The translations under genes were made by a program, and so were the position numbers. From NCBI GenBank assembly GCA_035063585.1, contig JAPSGB010000041.1, forward strand, positions 1 to 38,748: a stretch of 38,748 nucleotides of DNA. Direction: 5' to 3'. Every line of letters begins with the position of its first letter. Position 1 is the stretch's first letter. The notes beneath the pieces were generated by a model. The model searched no databases, was not told the DNA's origin, and was given only the letters and a program-made list of their open reading frames with translations. This document shows, piece by piece, positions 18,700 through 26,716 of the stretch. This DNA is from Polyangiaceae bacterium. GTDB lineage: Bacteria; Myxococcota_A; Polyangia; Polyangiales; Polyangiaceae.

Positions 18700-18714
18700 C
18701 GCGTGGTCCTCCCG

Positions 18715-20310
18715 TCAGAGCCGATACCCGAGGAGCAGACGACCGCCGTAGACGGCCGGTGGCGTGGAGCCCGCGGCGTCGCGGAGCGCCGAGCCGGGCA
18801 GGAGCAGACCGCCCTCCGCGCCGAGCTCGAGCTCGGTGTGGTGCAGATACAGGCGGTAGCGCGCGCCGAGATCGAGCTCGGTACCCAAGTAACCGCCGGG
18901 CTCGCCGCCGAGGGCGTTGCGCGGCGCCCCGCCGACCAGGTCGCTGTTCAACGGATCGACGGGCTTGGCCGGCGCGAAGGCGAAGAGCGCGCCGCCGTAG
19001 GCCTCGAGCGCGGGGAGCGGACGCACCCAGAGTCGTGGGAACAGCACGAGCGCGTCGGTGACGCTCCCGCGAGTCGGGATCCGTTCGATGCCGCCAGGAG
19101 GCCGCGCCGCCAGCATCGGATCGGACGCGGTCGCGACGGCGCGCGCCGACTGAGCCGCTCCGACGTACCTGAAGAGCAGGAGGCCGCTCTCGAAGGCGGG
19201 GTCGGCCTTGAAGCCGGTGAGCTTGCTGTCGTGCAGGCTCGCGTCTCCCGAGGCGTAGGTGAGGTCGAGCACGCCGCCCACGCGCTCGAACGCGAGCGAC
19301 GAGCGGAGCGCGCCGCCGACCTGCCGCACGTTGCTCTGCGGGATCTCGGGGGTGGCTCCGAGCGTGGTGTGACCCATGACGAGCGCGCCCTCCGCCTCGA
19401 GTCCGAGCGTCGCGCCGAGCGCGTCGAGGGCGAGCTCGGCCTTGCCGGCCGGATCGATCACGGTGACGTCGAGGGTGCTGCCATCGGCGGTAGTCTGGTG
19501 GCGGCGCACCATGAAGAAGCCCGCCTGCACCGGCTGCTCGTAGCCGATCAGCACGGACCCGACGAACTGACGCGCGCTGTCGCCGTCGAGCAGCGTCTCG
19601 TCGCGGCGCACCTGGTCGACGGCGAGGAGCGCGAAGAGGTGGGCGTCGGTGAGCGGCCCGGTCGCCACGAAGCCGCGAAGCACGAGGTCGCCGCCGCGCG
19701 GATCGGTGAAGGCTGCCGAGCCCGGCCGCCAGCCGTGCGCGCCGTCGTTGGCGACCAGCCCGAGGCCCCAGTGGCTGGTCATGAAGCCGCCGCCGACATG
19801 GAGATGGCGCCCGAACGAGACCCGCCCCCAGCCCTTGCGGAGCCGCGTGTCGATCGAGTCCGAGTTCGGCATGCCGTCGCCCGCGATGGGGTCGCGACTC
19901 GTCCAGGTGCCGGTCGGGAGATCCTGCTCGTACTCGCCGAACAGCATCACCGCGTCGCCGAGCGGCTTCACCGTCTCGAGTCGCGCGCCGACCCGAAGCC
20001 GCGGCGACAGCGCGACACCGTTCGAGAAATCGTGACCGGCCGCGTCCACCGGGAACGCGCTCACCGCCTCCGCGCGCCCGGCGACCTCGACCGGCACGGT
20101 GAGCTTCCACCCGGACCCCTCGCCGACGATCTGAGGCTGATATTCGTCCGGCGACGAGCGCGGCGCGGCAGGCTGCGAAGGGGACGACGTGGACGACGCG
20201 GGCTCCGGTGACGACTCGGCGCGCGCGGGCGCGGCGACGCCGACCATCACCACGAGGAGCCCAGTCGACGCGAGGCGGGCGCGAGCGCGGGGAGAGCGCG
20301 GATCCAACAT
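18715..20310 (-). CDS. Outer-membrane beta-barrel protein (alginate-export-like)
   Basis: Signal peptide ending APARA; alternating beta-strands; SHWGLGLVANDG, YASGD and LGTELDLGARY motifs; C-terminal …LGYRL. Confidence 0.8.
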   Translation of the reverse strand: MLDPRSPRARARLASTGLLVVMVGVAAPARAESSPEPASSTSSPSQPAAPRSSPDEYQPQIVGEGSGWKLTVPVEVAGRAEAVSAFPVDAAGHDFSNGVALSPRLRVGARLETVKPLGDAVMLFGEYEQDLPTGTWTSRDPIAGDGMPNSDSIDTRLRKGWGRVSFGRHLHVGGGFMTSHWGLGLVANDGAHGWRPGSAAFTDPRGGDLVLRGFVATGPLTDAHLFALLAVDQVRRDETLLDGDSARQFVGSVLIGYEQPVQAGFFMVRRHQTTADGSTLDVTVIDPAGKAELALDALGATLGLEAEGALVMGHTTLGATPEIPQSNVRQVGGALRSSLAFERVGGVLDLTYASGDASLHDSKLTGFKADPAFESGLLLFRYVGAAQSARAVATASDPMLAARPPGGIERIPTRGSVTDALVLFPRLWVRPLPALEAYGGALFAFAPAKPVDPLNSDLVGGAPRNALGGEPGGYLGTELDLGARYRLYLHHTELELGAEGGLLLPGSALRDAAGSTPPAVYGGRLLLGYRL

Positions 20311-20362
20311 CGGCGCCGAGACTAACACGACGGCCGGGGCCCGCTGAACCTTACGATGGCGC

Positions 20363-20391
20363 TTGACGCGGCGTTGGACTCTCCGTATTGG
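20363..20391 (+). promoter_or_regulatory. Candidate sigma70 promoter for the riboswitch-antiporter transcript
   Basis: TTGACG (20363-20368), 17 bp, then a weak -10 TATTGG. Predicted +1 lies just before the aptamer. Confidence 0.4.
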
Positions 20392-20401
20392 GCTCGGCAT
20401 C

Positions 20402-20501
20402 CGTAAGGGGAGTAGTTCCACCGATTAGCGGTGCGGGTCGATCGACACGCTGGCCTTCGGGCCCGGTCACCCACCTCGACACGAGGCGAACGAGACCTTC
20501 G
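20402..20501 (+). ncRNA. yybP-ykoY manganese riboswitch aptamer
   Basis: Hallmark 5' TAAGGGGAGTAG and 3' CGAGACCTT (P1/L1); GATCGACACG…CGGTC L3-like region around a GGCC-TTCG-GGCC hairpin; lies in the leader of a cation transporter. Confidence 0.85.
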
Positions 20502-20573
20502 ACCAGGGAGCAACCTGGCCGAAGTCTCGCGCGCTCCGCCGGCGACATTCGGCCAATCACAGGAGGCCTGAGC

Positions 20574-21806
20574 ATGTCGACGTCAAAGTGGAAGATTGGA
20601 GCGGTGGTCGCCGCGGCCCTGCCCGGGCTCGCGGTGCGGCTCGGCGGGTTCTCGCCCTCGCCGCTCGTCGCCATCGCCTGCTTCGGCGCGAGCGTGATCG
20701 CCGCGTCGTTCTTACTCGCGTGGGCGGCCGAGGTCGCGCAGCTCGACATCGCGGCGAGCTTCGCGACCGCCATCCTGGCGCTCATCGCCGTCCTGCCCGA
20801 GTACGCGGTGGATCTCTACTTCGCGTTCACCGCCGGGCATCGCCCCGAGTACGCCGCGTTCGCCGCCGCCAACATGACCGGGAGCAACCGCCTCCTCATC
20901 GGGCTCGGCTGGCCGCTGGTCGCGCTCCTCTTCGCGCTCGGGCTGCGGAAGCGGAGAGAGCCGGCGCGCGCCGTCGTGCTGAAGACGCAGCGGCGCGTGG
21001 AGCTCGCGTTCCTCGCGCTCGCGGGGCTCTATGCCCTCACCATCCCCCTCCGCAAGAGCCTGAGCGTCTTCGACGGGGGCGTGCTCCTCGCGCTCTTCAG
21101 CGCTTATCTCTACCGGGCCTCGCGCCAAGAGCAAGAGGCCCCCGAGCTTCACGGCGTCCCGGCCGCGCTCGCGCTCTTGCCCGCTCGGCGCCGCCGCGGG
21201 ACGGTGGTGGGCTGCTTCCTCGGCGCCGCGGCCATCATCCTCCTCGTCGCGCAGCCCTTCGCCGACGGGCTGGTCGAGGGAGGTCGCCGCCTCGGCATCG
21301 ACGAGTTCTTGCTGGTACAGTGGCTCGCGCCGCTCTCGACCGAGGCTCCGGAGCTCATCGTGGCGGGGCTCCTCGCCGCGCGCGGCGACGGCGAGGCGGC
21401 GCTCGGGACGCTGCTCTCGTCGAAGATCAACCAGTGGACGCTGCTGGTCGGGAGCCTCCCGCTCGCGCACGCGGTGGGCGGCGGCGGCCTCGCGCTCGCG
21501 CTCGACGGCCGGCAGACCGAAGAATTCTGGCTCACCGCGGGGCAGGCGCTGTTCGCGCTCGCGCTGCTGCTCGGGCTCGAGCTGCGGGCGCGCGAGGCGC
21601 TCCTGCTGCTCGGCACCTTCATCGGACAGTTCCTCTTCCCCGGAGAGCACGCGCGGCTGGTCTTCGCAGCCGCATACGGCGTGCTCACGCTCGTGTTCCT
21701 CGCGCGCTACGCTCGCGCAGTCCCACCGACCTTGCTGGCGCTGGTTCGCGACGCGCCGGGCGGCGCGGGCGGTGCGTCGGCGCCGCGCGACGACCACCGA
21801 GCCTGA
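20574..21806 (+). CDS. Ca2+:cation antiporter (CaCA, Na/Ca-exchanger family), possibly a Mn2+ exporter
   Basis: About 10-11 TM segments; alpha-1 repeat IAVLPEYAV…ANMTGSN; alpha-2 repeat LSTEAPELIV…LLSSKINQ; AGGAGG SD at 20561-20566. Confidence 0.9.
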   Translation: MSTSKWKIGAVVAAALPGLAVRLGGFSPSPLVAIACFGASVIAASFLLAWAAEVAQLDIAASFATAILALIAVLPEYAVDLYFAFTAGHRPEYAAFAAANMTGSNRLLIGLGWPLVALLFALGLRKRREPARAVVLKTQRRVELAFLALAGLYALTIPLRKSLSVFDGGVLLALFSAYLYRASRQEQEAPELHGVPAALALLPARRRRGTVVGCFLGAAAIILLVAQPFADGLVEGGRRLGIDEFLLVQWLAPLSTEAPELIVAGLLAARGDGEAALGTLLSSKINQWTLLVGSLPLAHAVGGGGLALALDGRQTEEFWLTAGQALFALALLLGLELRAREALLLLGTFIGQFLFPGEHARLVFAAAYGVLTLVFLARYARAVPPTLLALVRDAPGGAGGASAPRDDHRA

Positions 21807-21837
21807 GCTCGAGCGCGGCGCGACCGCGCGGCGCGCC

Positions 21838-23424
21838 TCAGTGACAGAGTTGGACGCGTTGCTCCTCGACCGCTGGAGCGCAGGTGAGCAGGCTCACCGC
21901 GCAGCGCGCGAGCCACCGCCCCGGGCGGCCGCAACCGGGCACCATCCCCTGCCACCCCGAGTCGGACCAGCACTCCGTCGGGTATCCGAAGGTGGTGAGC
22001 TCCTGGCAGCCCCGGCTCACGAGCTCGGCGCGCCGAGTCGCCGCGCCGTCGCAATCGTAGTCGAAGCTGCCGTCGCCGCGGTGTGCGGCAAAATAATGGA
22101 TCTGCCCCGGGCGCGCGTCGGGGTTGCGGTCGTAGCAGTCGAGCGCGTTGCCGACGTGGCCGTCGGGCTGGTGGCTCGCGCGCGTCAGCTTCGCAGGATC
22201 TCCGTAGCCGTCGTGATCTGCGTCGAGATACCAGACGGGCTCGGCGCACGAGAGCGCGTGCTGGTTGGCGAGTGCGGTGAGCCGCTTCGAGACGGGCTCG
22301 GCGAGCTCGGCGAGCTCGGCGTGGAGCAGATGCCCTGCGCTCGCGCGCCCGAGCATCCGCTCGAGGAGCTCGCGGAGCTCGCATACTCGCGCGGTCGGCT
22401 GCTCCCGCCCGAGCTCGCGGCTCGCGCCCTCGACCGCCTCGAGGGTTGCCAGGAGATCGAGCCGCTCAGCCTCGGAGAAGGCGCGCTCGTCGCTCTTCAC
22501 GCCTTGGCGCACCCGCTCGACCGCCGCCGGGATCGAGCCGAGCTCGCGCCCGGCGAGCAGCTGCACTCCGAGCTCGCGGAGGCTCGCCACGCTCCGCCGG
22601 CGGGTCTGCGCGGTCGAGACGAGCCCGCAGGTCCCCGCGCGCTCGAACGCGGGGCGCGTCTCCTCGACCAGCGCGGCGACGTTGAGCTTCATCTTGGCGC
22701 GGAGCTCGAGCGTTCCCTCGGCGCGGCTCGAGGTCACCACCTCGAAGCCGGCGGCGCCGGCGGCGAGCGCCGCCGCTCCGCTCGTCGCGCGCGAGCTCGA
22801 GAAGGCGACGCGAATCACCGGCACCGCCGCGAGCACCTTCGACGTGTACACGAGCGCGTCGCCGCCGCAGAGCCCGGCGATGCAGCGCTCGAGGGCGTCG
22901 CGGAGCTTCGGATCCTCGCCGGTGGCTTCGTACTCTTGACCGATGATCTCCGCGACGCTCGAGAGGACGCGGATCTCCGCGTCGCGAAGCATGACCGATA
23001 CAGTGAGCTTCTCTCCCGCGCGACGGCCGAGCGAGAGCCGCGGCGCCCACGGCCCGAGGAACCCGAGATCGAGCCCGCCCGAGGCGTCGACCGCGCGCTC
23101 GGTGGTGAGCGAGAAGACGAGCTCGCCGGCCGGGCGTGCGGAGATCCCGAGGCGTCGCGCGTGCTCGCCCTGGCCGGCGAGGCAACCGTTCACGAAGTCC
23201 GATTGCTCGGGGTTGTCCTTCTTGCCGAAGAACCCGGTGACGAGGAAATTGGGCACAGATAGGCACTCGAAGCGCGCGAGCTCCGCCCCGAGCGACGCCT
23301 TCACCGCGCCGCACCAGTCCGCCGCGCGGAGCGCGACGGGCGCGGCCGGCGCCGGCACGCTCGGCGCGCCGGAGTTGCACGCGGCGCCGAGCACGAGCCC
23401 GAGCGCGAGTACCGAGCGACGCAT
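21838..23424 (-). CDS. Lipoprotein with putative gasdermin-like N-terminal domain, helical middle region and C-terminal Cys/Asp-rich (MopE-like metal-binding) motif
   Basis: Lipobox LGAAC; two long amphipathic beta-hairpin-like segments; WYLDADHDGYGDP…DCYD.NPDARPG…YDCDG. CDS is secure; the gasdermin call is inference. Confidence 0.75.
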   Translation of the reverse strand: MRRSVLALGLVLGAACNSGAPSVPAPAAPVALRAADWCGAVKASLGAELARFECLSVPNFLVTGFFGKKDNPEQSDFVNGCLAGQGEHARRLGISARPAGELVFSLTTERAVDASGGLDLGFLGPWAPRLSLGRRAGEKLTVSVMLRDAEIRVLSSVAEIIGQEYEATGEDPKLRDALERCIAGLCGGDALVYTSKVLAAVPVIRVAFSSSRATSGAAALAAGAAGFEVVTSSRAEGTLELRAKMKLNVAALVEETRPAFERAGTCGLVSTAQTRRRSVASLRELGVQLLAGRELGSIPAAVERVRQGVKSDERAFSEAERLDLLATLEAVEGASRELGREQPTARVCELRELLERMLGRASAGHLLHAELAELAEPVSKRLTALANQHALSCAEPVWYLDADHDGYGDPAKLTRASHQPDGHVGNALDCYDRNPDARPGQIHYFAAHRGDGSFDYDCDGAATRRAELVSRGCQELTTFGYPTECWSDSGWQGMVPGCGRPGRWLARCAVSLLTCAPAVEEQRVQLCH

Positions 23425-23564
23425 GACGGGCCGAGCGTAGCATCACGGGTCGCGCCGCGCGGCTTCGCGCCGGACCGACCTAGAACCATCGAGGACGGCG
23501 CCCGCCCGGCGCGCGGGGCCGACTTGCGCGACGTGCGCGCGTGAAATAGCGTCGGCGCCCACCC

Positions 23565-25616
23565 ATGATCGGCGTGAGCTCCACCGAACGCGCGCAGCGG
23601 CCGCGCCTCGTCCCGGCCGGGCTGGCGCTCGGGGATCGCGTGGTGCCGCTCTTCGCGGGCGCCGTGCGCTACTACGAGCTCGAGCCCGAAGACTGGCGAG
23701 CGGCGCTCGCGCGGGTGAAGGAGCTCGGGTTTCGCTTGGTCGACGTGAGCATCCCGTGGGGCGTGCACGAGGTCGGGCCCGGCGTGATGGATCTCGGTGA
23801 GCACGCGGCGCGCCTCGACGTCGCGGGCTTCCTCAGAACGGCGCACGCGCTCGGGCTCCTCGCCATCGTGCGGCCGGGCCCGATCGTCGGCGCGGAGCTC
23901 ACCTGGCTCGGGCTGCCCGAGCGGATCGTGTGGGATGCGGCGTGTCAGGCGCGCTCCCCGAGCGGGAGGCCGGTCGTGCTTCCCGCGCTGCCGCTCCCCT
24001 TCCCCGCGCCGAGCCGCGCCAGCGAGGCGTTCCACGCGGAGGTCCGGCAGTGGTTCTCCGCGGTGGGCGCCGCGCTCGCGCCGCTCCGCTGGCCGGACGG
24101 GCCGATCGTGCTCGCGCACCTCGACAGCGGCGCGGACGCGCTGGCGCGAGACGGCGTCTACGATGGCGACCATCACCCCGACGCGATCGCCGCGTACCGG
24201 CGCTTCCTCGAGGAAAAGTATCGGCGCGTGGACGAGCTCCGACGCGCCTACGACGCTCCCGACGCGACCTTTGCGCAGCTCGAGCCGCCACGCCGGCTCA
24301 CCGCGCGGGTCGCCAGCGAGCTCGGTCCGCACCTCGACTGGGCCGAGTTCCAGGAGCACCTCCGCGCGAGCACGCTCGGACGCCTGCGCGAGGCGCTCGC
24401 GCGGAGCGGGCTCGAGGGCGTGCCGACCTCGTGCGATCTACCGATGAGCGGGGCGGCCACCTCGCTCGACGCGCCGCGCCTCGCGCGCGTGGTCGAGCTC
24501 CCGGGGCTCGACTATCGTCACCGCGCATCGCCGCGCGCGCGCGCCGAGCTCTTCCGCCGGACCACCGCGCTCGCCACCCTCGCCGCGACGCGCGGCGTCC
24601 CGGCCTACGCCGCGGAGCTCGGCGCCGGGTGCTCGCCGTTCGAGCCGCCACGTGACGAGCGTGACGACGCCTTCACCGCGCTCGCGGCGCTCGCCTACGG
24701 CCTCCGCGGCTTCTCGACGCGCCTGCTGGTGGAGCAGAGTAGGTGGATCGGAGCGCCCATCGAGCGCGGGGGGCGTGCGCGACCGCCGGCCGCGTTTTGG
24801 AAGCAGCTCATCGCCGCGCTCGAGCGGGTGCGGTTCGTCGAGCTCACCCGCCGGGCGGAGGTCCGCGTGGTCGTCCCGCGCAGCCTCCGGCGACTGGAGC
24901 GCGTCCTCCACGCGCTCGGGCCGCTCCCCGCGGGGCTCGTCCACGCCGCGGGCGGCGGAGTGAGCGTACGCGCGCTCGAGGAAGACCTCGCGCTCGGGGG
25001 TCCGGTGCTCATCGAGACCGACGCGTTCCTCGGCGCGCTCGAGCAGGCGCTCGAGCGGCGGCGAATCCCTTACGCATTCACCGATGGCGCGCTGCTCGAG
25101 CGCGCGCTCGAGGAGGCGGCGTGGGTCATCGTGCCGTGCGCCGGCGCGCTCGAGCCGGAGCTCTTCGACCGGATCGCGACGGCCCTCGGGCGCGGCGACG
25201 CAGTGAGCGTCGGCCCGCACCCGCCGACTCGCGACGGCGCGATGCGCGCGGCGAGCGAGCCGCGCGCGCTCCCCGCGAGCGCTGACGCGGGGCTCCCCGC
25301 GCTGCTCGATGACGCTCCGGACGCGCTCGAGCGGGTGGTGGAGCGCGCGGCGCGCACGCTCGGGCTCCGCTCGCTCGAGGCCGAGCCGCCGGAGGTGTCC
25401 GTCACGGTGCACCACGACGCGGGCGGCCGGCCGGCGGTGCTCTTCGTGCTGAATCCCTCCTCACGCGAGCTCGCGGCGCGGGTCACGTGCGCGGGGGCGA
25501 GATCCGCGCTAGATCTCCTCTCGAACGAGCGCTTCGCCGCGCAGGGTGGGTTCTTCTCGCTCTCCGTGAGCGGCCGCGGCGCGCGCCTGTTGGAGCTCAC
25601 CGATCATTTGGTGTAG
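23565..25616 (+). CDS. Beta-galactosidase-like protein (GH35/GH42, clan GH-A) with apparently degenerate active site
   Basis: PLFAGAVRY…W…L…KELGF…IPWGVHE…GLLAIVRPGP…AE…GLP N-terminal GH35 pattern. TTGCGC-17-TAGCGT promoter upstream (23524-23552). Confidence 0.85.
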   Translation: MIGVSSTERAQRPRLVPAGLALGDRVVPLFAGAVRYYELEPEDWRAALARVKELGFRLVDVSIPWGVHEVGPGVMDLGEHAARLDVAGFLRTAHALGLLAIVRPGPIVGAELTWLGLPERIVWDAACQARSPSGRPVVLPALPLPFPAPSRASEAFHAEVRQWFSAVGAALAPLRWPDGPIVLAHLDSGADALARDGVYDGDHHPDAIAAYRRFLEEKYRRVDELRRAYDAPDATFAQLEPPRRLTARVASELGPHLDWAEFQEHLRASTLGRLREALARSGLEGVPTSCDLPMSGAATSLDAPRLARVVELPGLDYRHRASPRARAELFRRTTALATLAATRGVPAYAAELGAGCSPFEPPRDERDDAFTALAALAYGLRGFSTRLLVEQSRWIGAPIERGGRARPPAAFWKQLIAALERVRFVELTRRAEVRVVVPRSLRRLERVLHALGPLPAGLVHAAGGGVSVRALEEDLALGGPVLIETDAFLGALEQALERRRIPYAFTDGALLERALEEAAWVIVPCAGALEPELFDRIATALGRGDAVSVGPHPPTRDGAMRAASEPRALPASADAGLPALLDDAPDALERVVERAARTLGLRSLEAEPPEVSVTVHHDAGGRPAVLFVLNPSSRELAARVTCAGARSALDLLSNERFAAQGGFFSLSVSGRGARLLELTDHLV

Positions 25617-25640
25617 GAGGGCGCTCGTTCGAAGGTCACC

Positions 25641-26255
25641 ATGTTGCTCGAGATCAATCCGGAGCACCCGGAGCCCAGGAAGATTCGCCGCGCCGTCGAC
25701 GCGCTCGAGGCGGGCGAGTGCATCGCCTACCCCACCGACACCGTGTATGGCCTCGGCTGCGATCTCTTCAACAAGAAGGCGGTGGAGCGCCTCTGCCAGA
25801 TCAAGGGGCTCGACAGCAGCAAGAAGCTCGCCTTCGTGTGTCACGACATCGCCGACGCCTCGCGCTACGCGGTGATGCACGACTCGATCTATCGCACCCT
25901 CAAGCGCTACCTCCCGGGGCCCTACTGCTTCATCCTCGACGCTACGCGCGAGGTCCCCAAGATCGTCCAGACGCAGCGCAAGGCGATCGGCGTCCGCATC
26001 CCCGCGCACCCGGTCACCCTCGCGCTCGTCAAGGAGCTCGGCCGCCCGATCATCTCCACCACTGCGGCGCGCCACGGAGAAGAGCCGAACCCCGACCCGC
26101 GCGAGATCGACCTCACCTTCCGCGGCCTCGGCCTCGTGCTCGACGCAGGTCCCGGCGGGCTCACGCCGACCAGCGTCATCGACCTCACCGGCCCGACCCC
26201 GAAGATCGTGCGCGAGGGGGCGGGGGACGTCTCGGCCTTCGTCGAGGACGGCTGA
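25641..26255 (+). CDS. yciO: Sua5/YciO/YrdC family protein (YciO-like, threonylcarbamoyl-AMP synthase fold)
   Basis: IAYPTDTVYGLGCD, LPGPYCFIL, IGVRIP, PIISTTA and PTSVIDL motifs. Confidence 0.88.
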   Translation: MLLEINPEHPEPRKIRRAVDALEAGECIAYPTDTVYGLGCDLFNKKAVERLCQIKGLDSSKKLAFVCHDIADASRYAVMHDSIYRTLKRYLPGPYCFILDATREVPKIVQTQRKAIGVRIPAHPVTLALVKELGRPIISTTAARHGEEPNPDPREIDLTFRGLGLVLDAGPGGLTPTSVIDLTGPTPKIVREGAGDVSAFVEDG

Positions 26256-26389
26256 GCGAGGAAGTTTCGTGGGTCGGCGCTGACATGGGTCATCGTCCGG
26301 CGTTGATTCACGCGTCGAGGAGCGCTATCGAGTAGCCTCGCCATGGAACATGGCCGGCGGCACCAGTGCCGTCGCATGAAGGAGCCCCA

Positions 26390-26695
26390 ATGACATTCGT
26401 CGTCACGGAGAATTGCCAGGATTGTCGCTTCACCGACTGCGTCGCCGTGTGCCCGGTGGACTGCTTCCACGGGGACGACCGGATGCTCTACATCGATCCG
26501 GATGAGTGCATCGACTGCGGCGCCTGCGTCCCGGAGTGCCCCGTCGAGGCGATCTACGACGAGGCGCAGGTCCCCGAGGGTCAGGAGAAGTGGCTCGCCG
26601 TGAACGCGGAGCGCGCCCCCAAGCTACCCGTCGTCAACCAGAAGGGTGATCCGCTGCCGACGGCAGAGGAGCGCCGAAAGCAACTCGGCTTCTAG
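26390..26695 (+). CDS. fdxA: FdxA-type (7Fe/8Fe) ferredoxin
   Basis: [26 protein letters not shown] and [29 protein letters not shown] at 26379-26384. Confidence 0.93.
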   Translation: MTFVVTENCQDCRFTDCVAVCPVDCFHGDDRMLYIDPDECIDCGACVPECPVEAIYDEAQVPEGQEKWLAVNAERAPKLPVVNQKGDPLPTAEERRKQLGF

Positions 26696-26716
26696 TCGTG
26701 CGGGCTCGAGCGCCGC

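Noticed and set aside
20311..20573. ORF-track extensions of the barrel gene (to 20421) and antiporter gene (from 20388)
   Set aside because: The region is better explained as divergent promoters plus the riboswitch; starts at 20310 and 20574 have supporting signals.
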